Origin: Candidatus Undinarchaeota archaeon
GTDB lineage: Archaea; SpSt-1190; JASMDC01
Direction: 5' to 3'
NCBI GenBank assembly: GCA_964519305.1
Contig: CAZFHY010000001.1
Span: 282,132-346,131, forward strand
Length of the DNA stretch: 64,000 bases
The position numbers and the translations under genes are program-made. The notes under the pieces were generated by a model. That model saw only the letters and a list, made by a program, of their open reading frames with translations, did not search any database and was not told where the DNA came from. Shown one piece after another: positions 45,777 to 54,186 of the stretch; positions within the stretch are counted from its first letter, which is position 1, and each line of letters opens with the position of its first letter.

Positions 45777-46543
45777 TGGACCTCACCCCCGAGGCCTTTC
45801 TCGGCCACGTCGCGTAGGGTCCGGCCCTTGTCAGAAAGCTCGCGGCACACGTCCACGAAGCCCTCGGAGTAGTAGCCCTGCTTGGAGAGCACCTCGCGGT
45901 TGCGCTCACCGATCACCGAACTGAACTGCTTTGCCCAGTCGAGCTGGCTCTGGATGAACTCCCGGTTGTGGTCGGGGAGGTCGAATGGGAGCGAGACCTC
46001 GTCCAGTGAGTAGGAAGAGAGCTTACCGGTGAGGTTGGCGGCCACCAGATGATGGGCCACCCAGTTGCTGACGTAGTTGAACGTCTCCTGTTCGGGCTGT
46101 GACTTGAGGAGGGCCTGGTACGCCCCCACTTCCGCCACTCCCTCGACCATCGCCTCTTTCGCGGATGCGAGGTCGGAGTGGAGCTGGTCGTGGAGCGCGT
46201 GGATGGACTCGTGGATGATTAGCTCGTCGGCCCGCAGGTGACCGGGTGAGTCCATGATGCAGTACTGCCTGCCCCTGAACCGTGACCCTGCCTTGTAGAG
46301 CGCCAGGTCGGTGCGTGCGATGTTGAGGTGCGAGCAGTCCTCGCCGTCCTCGTAATGGGCCTTCTGGTAGACCGTATGATCGGATTGTGTGTCGAGGGAC
46401 AGGTCGATCTGCTCGCCCTTGTACCCAAGGGCGTCCTCTGCCAGCGCCCAGGCCTGGTCGTAGGCCGTGGTTAGGGCTGCACGCTCTTGTCCCTCAGGGA
46501 GGTCCTCCCTGAAGTCCAGGAACACATCATACCCGTCCATCAT
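45773..46543 (-). CDS. Gluzincin-type zinc metallopeptidase-like protein
   Basis: IIHESIHALH followed by AMVEGVAE (HEXXH plus downstream Glu ligand). Confidence 0.7.
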   Translation of the reverse strand: MMDGYDVFLDFREDLPEGQERAALTTAYDQAWALAEDALGYKGEQIDLSLDTQSDHTVYQKAHYEDGEDCSHLNIARTDLALYKAGSRFRGRQYCIMDSPGHLRADELIIHESIHALHDQLHSDLASAKEAMVEGVAEVGAYQALLKSQPEQETFNYVSNWVAHHLVAANLTGKLSSYSLDEVSLPFDLPDHNREFIQSQLDWAKQFSSVIGERNREVLSKQGYYSEGFVDVCRELSDKGRTLRDVAEKGLGGEVQ

Positions 46544-46629
46544 GCCTGTCGGCCCCCCCAGCCACTTATTAAGGTTGTCATTGGGGGGTAGTGAATGCCC
46601 CCCGTAAGAAGACGATCTTGGCCCCCGTG

Positions 46630-47577
46630 CTAGGTGAAATCGATTATCACGCCGTTATACCGGTCGGCCTTGGGAAGTGTGCCCACCAGACGGTCACGAT
46701 CGAACACCTTGACCCGATGGTCGTCCACGGTGACCTTGTTGCCCTTGGTGAAGATCCTGTGCTCTTTTCGGGGAGAGAGCACCTCGCACTGCTCGTACAG
46801 GACCGTTCCCCCCTTCACGGTGCCGTGAAGACGTATCCCCTTCCCGACACCGAAATACAGCACAGGGACCCGGAGGTTCTTCTCGATGGCACGGGCGTAC
46901 CCCTCATCCTCATTTCTAATGACAGCGAGAAGCCTGTCGGCGAACGCCACGGACCGGGCGCAGCTGAACGAGCAGGGATAGTGAGAGATCAGGGCGAATG
47001 GGACCGGCATCGAGAGGTCCAGGTACTGGGTGAGGAAGGAGGGCTTGCCCGGTGTGTTGCCATACGCAACTCGAGCGTAATCGCATTGAGCGTCCCGGCG
47101 TGCCTTCTGGAATGTCCTTATGCAACACGACGGGTACCCCAGAGCCCTGCCGAAATCGGCACACATCTCGTCGTTCAGTCCGCCCCCGAACCTGTTCATC
47201 ATGGGTGTATGGACCTCGTGGTCGATGTCCCGGGTCCTCTTTGAGATGTCCTCGTCCCGCGATACGTAAAAGTAGACCTCTTCCAAAGGTTGCCTTCGAA
47301 GGAGGCTGACCGCGTAGTCGAATGGATTGTCAGGATTGCGCACCCGGGCGAACTTCGAGTGATGGACCGAACAGTCCATCGAGCCGGCAAGCTCCCGCAT
47401 CTGTCCGAGCATCCTGAAGGGCCCCTGTATCCGAGTACACGGTTTTAGCCCGTGGGTGGCCGCGATGAACTCGTTTAGGCTGTTGTCATGTACGTAGCGG
47501 GGCTCGGTGAAGAACAGACCGTACCTTCTGATGAACTCCGGTGACAGGTGTTCTGTCTCGATCCTCATCGGCAGCAT
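46630..47577 (-). CDS. DUF483 domain-containing protein
   Basis: GLKP, FGRALGYPSCCIRTF, LISHYPCSFSCARS; start ATG 47577 downstream of TTTTTATA. Confidence 0.75.
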   Translation of the reverse strand: MLPMRIETEHLSPEFIRRYGLFFTEPRYVHDNSLNEFIAATHGLKPCTRIQGPFRMLGQMRELAGSMDCSVHHSKFARVRNPDNPFDYAVSLLRRQPLEEVYFYVSRDEDISKRTRDIDHEVHTPMMNRFGGGLNDEMCADFGRALGYPSCCIRTFQKARRDAQCDYARVAYGNTPGKPSFLTQYLDLSMPVPFALISHYPCSFSCARSVAFADRLLAVIRNEDEGYARAIEKNLRVPVLYFGVGKGIRLHGTVKGGTVLYEQCEVLSPRKEHRIFTKGNKVTVDDHRVKVFDRDRLVGTLPKADRYNGVIIDFT

Positions 47578-47674
47578 ATGGATGCCCTCCGGTCTATAAA
47601 AAGATACATATCCGGGGCGGGAATACCATCCCAAGGGAAAAGACTATATACGCAGGTTCACGGCCCGAGGGGCC

Positions 47675-48640
47675 GTGGCCATCGAGACCGTCGTGGACCC
47701 GGGCATTGAGCATGGCACCTATCAGGACATGCTCGACCGTATCGATGGTTACGACGACGACGCGGTCCACGTGCGCACTATCGATAGTTACCTCGATGAC
47801 CGGTCCCTGGTGAGCAGCGCCGGTAATCCAATCTCGTACGTCGACCTCACCTATGCCGAGGATCCTGACAGCACAATCGTCATCACCGCTGGCCGACACT
47901 CGGACGAGCACGGTGGCCCTGAAGCCGCTGTAGAGCTCGTAGGACGCATCCTCGCCTCTCCCGGGATGCGGGAGTATCTAGAGCACGGGGAGATCACGAT
48001 CGTCCCTGCAGTCCACGTGGACGAGTACGCCAAGCCGGCGAATGACCGCACTTACAAGCTCGATCTGTACGGTCACTACGCTGTACCTATCCCCCCCTTG
48101 AGCCTTAGGGGTTGTGACGGGTGCCGCAACACAGGTCATGATTCCTATCGCGAGAAGGGTCTGGTTCCCGATTATGAAGGCAAGTTCTCCACCTTCGACC
48201 AGCGATTCGTCCTCGATGATGAGGCTGAACACGGGTATGTCCGACTTGATGACGAGATGATATCCAAGGAGGCGTACGCTGTCGCGCGGCTCCTGGAAGA
48301 GAAGAAGTCCTCACGCGACAAGGTGCTCTTCACCGCCGACCTCCACGAGACCGACCACAAAGGGTTCAACAACTGCACGATCTACTATAACGAGGATAAC
48401 GAGCATGTGGTCCGGGCCATCAGTGACCGTATACGCAAACGGTTCAACTGGAACGGTGTCAACGTCCTCAAGGACAAGTCCACCACGTTCTCCGGATTCT
48501 CCCATGCCCTCGGCATCGATGCCTACACCACCGAGGGCGCGCCCTATAAGTTCGATCGACGCCGGCCATTTTCTGCGCGCGTGGAGCAGCAGCTCATCGC
48601 TCTGGACGAGCTTCTGGACCACTACGTCGTGAAGGGATAA
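47675..48640 (+). CDS. M14-like zinc carboxypeptidase / AstE-AspA family, paralog 1
   Basis: ITAGRHSDE (HxxE), IVPAVH, RN, ADLHE, TTEG; upstream GGGAAAAGACTATATA. Confidence 0.78.
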   Translation: MAIETVVDPGIEHGTYQDMLDRIDGYDDDAVHVRTIDSYLDDRSLVSSAGNPISYVDLTYAEDPDSTIVITAGRHSDEHGGPEAAVELVGRILASPGMREYLEHGEITIVPAVHVDEYAKPANDRTYKLDLYGHYAVPIPPLSLRGCDGCRNTGHDSYREKGLVPDYEGKFSTFDQRFVLDDEAEHGYVRLDDEMISKEAYAVARLLEEKKSSRDKVLFTADLHETDHKGFNNCTIYYNEDNEHVVRAISDRIRKRFNWNGVNVLKDKSTTFSGFSHALGIDAYTTEGAPYKFDRRRPFSARVEQQLIALDELLDHYVVKG

Positions 48641-48727
48641 GGGTATTCTTTCGAATCGAATAGCTGCTATCAGATGTCAGTTCAAGATTATCTCTTCACC
48701 CGCGTTGATTCACGAAAAAGGAATTAG

Positions 48728-48758
48728 TGAGGAGGGCAGCCGGACGCCTCCCTCCTCA
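48728..48758 (-). terminator. Hairpin plus T-tract downstream of the 25-aa ORF
   Basis: TGAGGAGGG-13nt-CCCTCCTCA, 9-bp stem, followed on the minus strand by TTTTT (plus-strand A5 at 48715-48719). Confidence 0.6.
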
Positions 48759-48777
48759 GGTGTAGGTGTATGGTCGG

Positions 48778-48855
48778 TTAAGTATGGGTTGGGTATATGG
48801 GGTATGGGTGCACGTGATGAGCTAGAACGAGTATCTTCGGCTTTTTCACCACCAT
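48778..48855 (-). CDS. Putative 25-aa peptide MVVKKPKILVLAHHVHPYPIYPTHT
   Basis: ATG 48855 to TAA 48778; TTTATA box ends 25 nt upstream; terminator-like hairpin about 20 nt downstream. Confidence 0.5.
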   Translation of the reverse strand: MVVKKPKILVLAHHVHPYPIYPTHT

Positions 48856-48892
48856 GCAGTAGTAATATGGTGTTCCAAGTATAAAGGAAAAT

Positions 48893-48912
48893 AGCACCAC
48901 TGCAGTGGTGCT
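48893..48912. promoter_or_regulatory. Perfect 20-bp palindrome AGCACCACTGCAGTGGTGCT, candidate operator
   Basis: Exact self-complementarity; lies between the divergent TATA boxes at about 48880 (-) and about 48937 (+). Confidence 0.6.
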
Positions 48913-48966
48913 CTTCTGTGACCCAAGGGCAAACCATATTAACGGACGACCCTGCCGCCCAGCACC

Positions 48967-49926
48967 GTGGCCATCGAGACGGGGGTGGACCGTGAGCTTG
49001 AGCATACGACCTACACCGATATGCTCGACCGGCTCCAGGGGTACGACGACCCCGCCGTCCACGTCCAGACCATCGACGGCTATCTCAATGACCCATCCCT
49101 TGTCAGTGACCAGGGGAAGCCCATCTCTTACGTGAACCTATCGTACACGGACTCACCCGATAGCACTATCGTAATCACAGCTGGTCGCCACTCCCCCGAG
49201 TACGGCGGTGCGGAAGCCGCCATGGAAGTGGTCGACCGGGTCCTCGCCTCTCCCGAGATGCAGGCCTACATGCAGCATGGTGAGGTCACCATCGTGCCCG
49301 TGGTCCATGTCGACGAGTATAGCAAGGCCGCGGACCAGCGGATGCCCGGGTTCAAGATGGTGGGCTACCACATCCCGCCCCCCGAGTCGTACAAGCGGTT
49401 CGACGCGTGCCGGAACTCCGGCCACGACTCCTACATCCGAGGGGACAGTCCCCCGGGCTGTAAGGACCGGATGACCCACTTCGACCAGATATTCGATCCG
49501 GAGAAGGACTCCGGCGGCTGGGGAGGCCCCCCTCATCGTGAGCATACCGCCATCACCCCTGAAGCCTATGCGGTCGCCCGCCTCCTGGAGGGCAAGAAGG
49601 AGCAGGGGAAGGTACTATTCGCCGCTGACCTACACGAGACCGATGCTGACGGGTTCGAGTACTGCACACTCGTTTTCGACAAGGAGCTCGTGCCTATCGC
49701 CGATGTCATGGACGAGCGGGTGAAAGAGCAGTACCCCACGAGCGGGACCCGGTTCATGGACGGCCTCAATACCTTCTCGGCCATGTGCATGGCCTTCGGG
49801 GTTGATGCCTACACCACCGAAGGCTCGCCCCGGGACGGGTGGCAGCGCAGGCCGCTGGCCGAGCGGGTGGAGCAGCAGCTACTGGCACTGGACGCGCTTC
49901 TCGACCATTACGTAGCCGAGAAGTAG
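48967..49926 (+). CDS. M14-like zinc carboxypeptidase, paralog 2
   Basis: ITAGRHSPE, CRNSGHD, ADLHE, TTEGSP; collinear with paralog 1. Confidence 0.78.
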   Translation: MAIETGVDRELEHTTYTDMLDRLQGYDDPAVHVQTIDGYLNDPSLVSDQGKPISYVNLSYTDSPDSTIVITAGRHSPEYGGAEAAMEVVDRVLASPEMQAYMQHGEVTIVPVVHVDEYSKAADQRMPGFKMVGYHIPPPESYKRFDACRNSGHDSYIRGDSPPGCKDRMTHFDQIFDPEKDSGGWGGPPHREHTAITPEAYAVARLLEGKKEQGKVLFAADLHETDADGFEYCTLVFDKELVPIADVMDERVKEQYPTSGTRFMDGLNTFSAMCMAFGVDAYTTEGSPRDGWQRRPLAERVEQQLLALDALLDHYVAEK

Positions 49927-49942
49927 GCGCTCAGGATCACGA

Positions 49943-51685
49943 TCACACCGGGAGCCCTATCCTCAGCTCGCGCCCTTCCTTTCTCACGGGGAGCTCGATG
50001 GTCCTCTTGCCACCGATCCTCAGGACGGCCATGCCCCGGGCCCTGTCGAGGAACAGCGCAGCGGTCTCCTCCCTGTCGTAGAGCTTGCGCACATCGGTGT
50101 AGATGCGTGATGGTCCCTCGCCCGTGCTGGCGAGAAGGTCCCGGGTCAGTCCGACGTTCGTCCTCAGCACCGCCCCTGCCTCGTCGAGCCGGATCTCCAC
50201 CCACTTCTCATCCGAGCTAAGGCGGATGGCCGCGCCGCCGTTGACCTTCTCCGCCTCCACTAGGTCGGCCCAGGCCATGTCCAGCTCCTCCTTGAGGAAG
50301 TCCTGGAGCGCCTCCTCACCACTGCCGGGGACCTGGTCCCAGCCGAACAGGAACCGCTCCGTCCTTAGATGGAACTCGACGGTCTTCCCGTCGCTGGTCC
50401 GGAGGGTGGCCCCGTTCTCGGCCTCGTTGATGGTGATCTGCACCCACTGCCCGTCCCTGACGCAGCGGATGGTCCTTCCGTCATCGCTCCTCTCTACCGG
50501 AGCTTCCTCTGCCCACTCCAGGTCGAGCGTGTCGACGCAGTACCTCTGCAGGGCCTCGCTCCCCACTCCGGGGATGCCCCCCAGGTCCATAACAGGATCA
50601 TTGCGTACCCGGATTACGTCCCCGTCCATGGCCTTCTCGATCTCTGACATCTCCGCCCATTCTATGCCTAGGAAGAGGTGGAGGTAGGTCTCCAGTCGCC
50701 CCTCGTCACCGTACGGAATCTTTTCCCATGTGAGTATGTAGCCCGCTTCGCTGATCTCGCGGTACAGTCTACGCTCCTTGCGCCAGTCGTGGACGGCGGC
50801 GACGCTCAGGAAGAAAGTGATGGCGATGCCGGGGATCCCGATGAACTCGAAGAGGAGGATGCTCCAGTACCACATCTCCTTGGGGATCTCATACGGCTCT
50901 TGCTCTACCTTGAGCCTGACGGTCCCGGGATACTCCTCGGGGAGGGGTTCTTCCACGTCGAGGATCTCGTAGTGGATCACGTAGCGGTTGCCAGAGGGCT
51001 CGATCATGTCGATGCCGCAGTACCGGTACTCCACCGAGAGCACCAAGTTGACTAGCCAGAGGTAGGCGTTCATGAGGGTGGTGGCCACGTAGTTCTGGAT
51101 GATAGGATCGTACTCCACCTCTGCCGATGCCACGGTAATGTTCGTCCCCTCGTCCACCACCTCCACGGCCACTGCAAGCTCGCTGACGTCCTCGCTCATC
51201 ACGAAGGAGCATGCGTACGTAGCTCCCGGTTCCAGTCCCACGGTGATGTTGTTCCCCTGCTGGTGCCCGCCCTCGTACACGACAACGTCGGCGATCGTGC
51301 CTTCAGCGTTCTCATATATGCCCGTCACCGTGAAGAGCCCTACAGTCAGGAGGAGACCTGTGGCGAAGAGAATGATCGCCATGAGCATCAACCAGTTCCA
51401 CTCGAGCCAGCCGGCACCCTCCTGCTCTTCCTCGGAGGCGTCGGGCTCAGCGTCATCCCGAGCGGGTTTGGGCACCACGCTCCCCAGAGCATCGTCCACC
51501 GCATCCTCGTCGTACCCTGTCTGCAGTAGGCGGTCCCGCAGCTCGTCCGCAGTGAAGCCCTGTTCCAGACATTGCCGGACGTACTGGTGGAGAGGTTCCT
51601 GCTCCTGGGAGGGATTCGCGGCGTTCCCGCTCTCCCCTAGCGATGTCGTGGCCTCTGAGCCGGATGGTCCTTCGTCAGATGACAT
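49943..51685 (-). CDS. Two-TM membrane protein with three C-terminal repeats of an uncharacterised W-x-x-(I/V)-P-G domain
   Basis: N-terminal LHQYVRQCLEQGFT.DELRDRLLQTGY.EDAVDDAL; two TM helices; repeats begin YILTWEKIP, DLGGIPG and FLFGWDQVPG, each followed by WA(E/D)..(I/V/A)E(K/R)..(D/G)G..IR. Confidence 0.75.
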   Translation of the reverse strand: MSSDEGPSGSEATTSLGESGNAANPSQEQEPLHQYVRQCLEQGFTADELRDRLLQTGYDEDAVDDALGSVVPKPARDDAEPDASEEEQEGAGWLEWNWLMLMAIILFATGLLLTVGLFTVTGIYENAEGTIADVVVYEGGHQQGNNITVGLEPGATYACSFVMSEDVSELAVAVEVVDEGTNITVASAEVEYDPIIQNYVATTLMNAYLWLVNLVLSVEYRYCGIDMIEPSGNRYVIHYEILDVEEPLPEEYPGTVRLKVEQEPYEIPKEMWYWSILLFEFIGIPGIAITFFLSVAAVHDWRKERRLYREISEAGYILTWEKIPYGDEGRLETYLHLFLGIEWAEMSEIEKAMDGDVIRVRNDPVMDLGGIPGVGSEALQRYCVDTLDLEWAEEAPVERSDDGRTIRCVRDGQWVQITINEAENGATLRTSDGKTVEFHLRTERFLFGWDQVPGSGEEALQDFLKEELDMAWADLVEAEKVNGGAAIRLSSDEKWVEIRLDEAGAVLRTNVGLTRDLLASTGEGPSRIYTDVRKLYDREETAALFLDRARGMAVLRIGGKRTIELPVRKEGRELRIGLPV

Positions 51686-51855
51686 GTTCCATCCTCATAG
51701 TTCCGATCGTGAATCTCCTGACGGCACACTCCCGGCCCCGGGAGGATCCCTTTCCCGCTACTATAAAGGCAGTCTATCCTATAAAAGCCTGACACTTGGG
51801 CACCTCGACACCCGGGGGAAAAGCCTATAAACGGCCGGCCCGGCCGCGGACCACA

Positions 51856-52809
51856 ATGGTCATCGAGACCGCTGTCGACCGGGACCTCGAGCACGGCACC
51901 TACACCGATATGCTCGACCGGCTCGACGGTTATGACGATCCGGCCGTCCACGTCCGCACCATCGACGGCCAGCTCGGGGACAACACTCTCGTGAGCGACC
52001 TGGGAGGTTCCATCTCTTACGTAGACCTCTCCTATGCAGATAATCCTGATTCGACCATCATCATCACCGCAGGCCGGCACTCACCCGAGTACGGTGGCGT
52101 CGAGGCCGCCGTTGAGCTCGTCGAGAAGGTGCTCGCCTCCCCCGGGATGCAGGAATACCTACAGCACGGCGCGGTAACCATCGTCCCAGCGGTCAACGTG
52201 GACCAGTACTCAGTACCGGTGGACGAGCGCAAACCCGTATGGGACCCACAAGGGAACGGGATCATCCGGCGATGGAAGTGCGATGCCGACCGGAACTCCG
52301 GCCACGACACCTACCTGACCGATGGCGAGGCCCCCTCCTACGAGGGTCAGCTGAACTGGTTCGACCAGAGCGCTGTTGTGGCCATGAGCGAGCCGGGCTG
52401 CCTCCGGGAACTGCCATCGAACTTCATCACACGGGAGGCCTACGCTGTCGCCAGGCTCCTGGAGGAGAAGGCAGCGAACGGAAAGATCCTCTTCACTGCT
52501 GACCTCCACGAGACCTGCAAGCCCGGTTTCAGTTACGCCACACTGGTGTTCGATGAGAAGCTCGTCGAGACCGGGGAGGAGGCCACCGCCCGGGTGGGCG
52601 AGGTCTACCCGGTAAAAGAGACGGCTCTTATGGAGGACAGCAAGGGCACCTTCTCCGCGTTCTGCGCGGCGAAGGGGATCGACACCTACACCCTCGAGGG
52701 CTCTCCCTTCGACGGGGAGGAACCACGACCGCTGAGCGAGCGTGTGGAGCAGCAGATGCTGGCACTGGACGCACTGCTCGACAAGTACATTGGAACGGAG
52801 GCGTCCTGA
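51856..52809 (+). CDS. M14-like zinc carboxypeptidase, paralog 3
   Basis: Start ATG 51856 after GGGGGAAAAGCCTATAAA; AGRHSPE, DRNSGHD, ADLHE, TLEGSP. Confidence 0.78.
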   Translation: MVIETAVDRDLEHGTYTDMLDRLDGYDDPAVHVRTIDGQLGDNTLVSDLGGSISYVDLSYADNPDSTIIITAGRHSPEYGGVEAAVELVEKVLASPGMQEYLQHGAVTIVPAVNVDQYSVPVDERKPVWDPQGNGIIRRWKCDADRNSGHDTYLTDGEAPSYEGQLNWFDQSAVVAMSEPGCLRELPSNFITREAYAVARLLEEKAANGKILFTADLHETCKPGFSYATLVFDEKLVETGEEATARVGEVYPVKETALMEDSKGTFSAFCAAKGIDTYTLEGSPFDGEEPRPLSERVEQQMLALDALLDKYIGTEAS

Positions 52810-52812
52810 TTA

Positions 52813-53772
52813 GTGGTCATCGAGACGTCCGTCGATCCGGGGCTCGAGCACAACACCTACGGCCAGGTACTGGAGCGGCTCCACGGGTACACGGACCCGG
52901 CGGTCCACGTCCACACCATGGACGGATACCTCCAGGACCCTGCTCTGGTGAGCGGGTGGGGCTCGCCCATCGCATTCGTGGACCTCTCCCTCACTGAGAA
53001 CCCTGACAGCACCATCATCATCACTGCAGGTCGTCACGCCCCCGAGTACGGTGGCGCCGAGGCCGCAGTAGAGCTCATAGACAAGGTGCTCGCCTCTCCC
53101 GGGATGCGCGAGTACCTCGAGCATGGCGAGATCACCATCGTGCCCGCCGTCCACGTGGACGCGTACGGACTGCCGCCGGACCAGCGGCCGGCCATGTACA
53201 TACCTGAACCCGGTGTGTACCTCGACAAGGAGGACTTCGCCCGGTTCGACGCCGACCGGAACGACAGCCATGACACATACAGGTTCGATCCAGCGACCCC
53301 GACTTACCAGTGCGAGCTCAATTATTACGAGCAGCTCTTCGAGGACCCTGAGCTCGATCCGAACGGGATGGCCTGGCGCAGGACGTTCCCCCTCATGACC
53401 AGGGAAGCGTTCGCCGTGGCGCGACTGGTCGAGGAGAAGAAGGCCAACCGCGAGAGCGTGCTCTTCGCCGCCGACCTACACGAGACACCCCGGGAGGATT
53501 TCACCTACACAACCGTCGTGTACGAACCCGAGCTGGTGCTCGTGGCCGAGGACGCGGCCAAGCGCGTGGGCGAGAAGTACCCCACACAACCCTCGCTCCT
53601 CCACGACGACAGGTGCACGTTCACCGGGTTCTGCAACACACTGGACATCGACGCCTATACCACAGAAGGCTCGCCCTTCGACGGCAGCCGTCACAGGTCC
53701 ATGGCAGAGAGGGTGGAGCAGCAGCTTCTGTTCCTTGATGCGCTGTTCGAGCACTACCTCGAAAAGGAGTAG
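52813..53772 (+). CDS. M14-like zinc carboxypeptidase, paralog 4
   Basis: GTG start 3 nt after the paralog 3 stop; AGRHAPE, DRNDSHD, ADLHE, TTEGSP. Confidence 0.78.
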   Translation: MVIETSVDPGLEHNTYGQVLERLHGYTDPAVHVHTMDGYLQDPALVSGWGSPIAFVDLSLTENPDSTIIITAGRHAPEYGGAEAAVELIDKVLASPGMREYLEHGEITIVPAVHVDAYGLPPDQRPAMYIPEPGVYLDKEDFARFDADRNDSHDTYRFDPATPTYQCELNYYEQLFEDPELDPNGMAWRRTFPLMTREAFAVARLVEEKKANRESVLFAADLHETPREDFTYTTVVYEPELVLVAEDAAKRVGEKYPTQPSLLHDDRCTFTGFCNTLDIDAYTTEGSPFDGSRHRSMAERVEQQLLFLDALFEHYLEKE

Positions 53773-53777
53773 GAACC

Positions 53778-54110
53778 CTAGCGGTTCCAGACGTACACCA
53801 GCACCGACGCCACTGCGGCCCACACCGCAACACCACCAGTCAGCGTCTGGTTGATAGTGGTCCGCGTGTGCAGATGGTACACCGTGGCCAGGTAAGCGAA
53901 GTAGGGCGCCAGCGACCACATCCCGAACACGATGACATCGCGGAACTCCTCCGGTGGGTTCGATGTGCCCACGATGTAGTGGCTCATGAGCCCGAACGTG
54001 GGGAACAGGGGGAGAAGGCCTGCCAGATAGTAGTGCTTGGTACGGGCGAGGAGGGTGATCACCACCACGAAACCGCCGCCGATGACGCCGCGGACGAGGA
54101 GCTCGTTCAT
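53778..54110 (-). CDS. GlpM family small membrane protein
   Basis: YYLAGLLPLFPTFGLMSHYIVG, FGMWSL.PY.AYL. Confidence 0.85.
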   Translation of the reverse strand: MNELLVRGVIGGGFVVVITLLARTKHYYLAGLLPLFPTFGLMSHYIVGTSNPPEEFRDVIVFGMWSLAPYFAYLATVYHLHTRTTINQTLTGGVAVWAAVASVLVYVWNR

Positions 54111-54186
54111 GACGGATGAGAGGAAGGGTGCCGGACATTTAAGGATTGGTGTGGTGGCACGAAAGGCCGTCAGGGACGTGAACATC

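Noticed and set aside
48710-49062. Longer ORF-track calls 48710-48937 (-) and 48778-49062 (-)
   Set aside because: They run through the palindrome and TATA boxes, and one overlaps M14 paralog 2. Only the ATG at 48855 fits promoter spacing.
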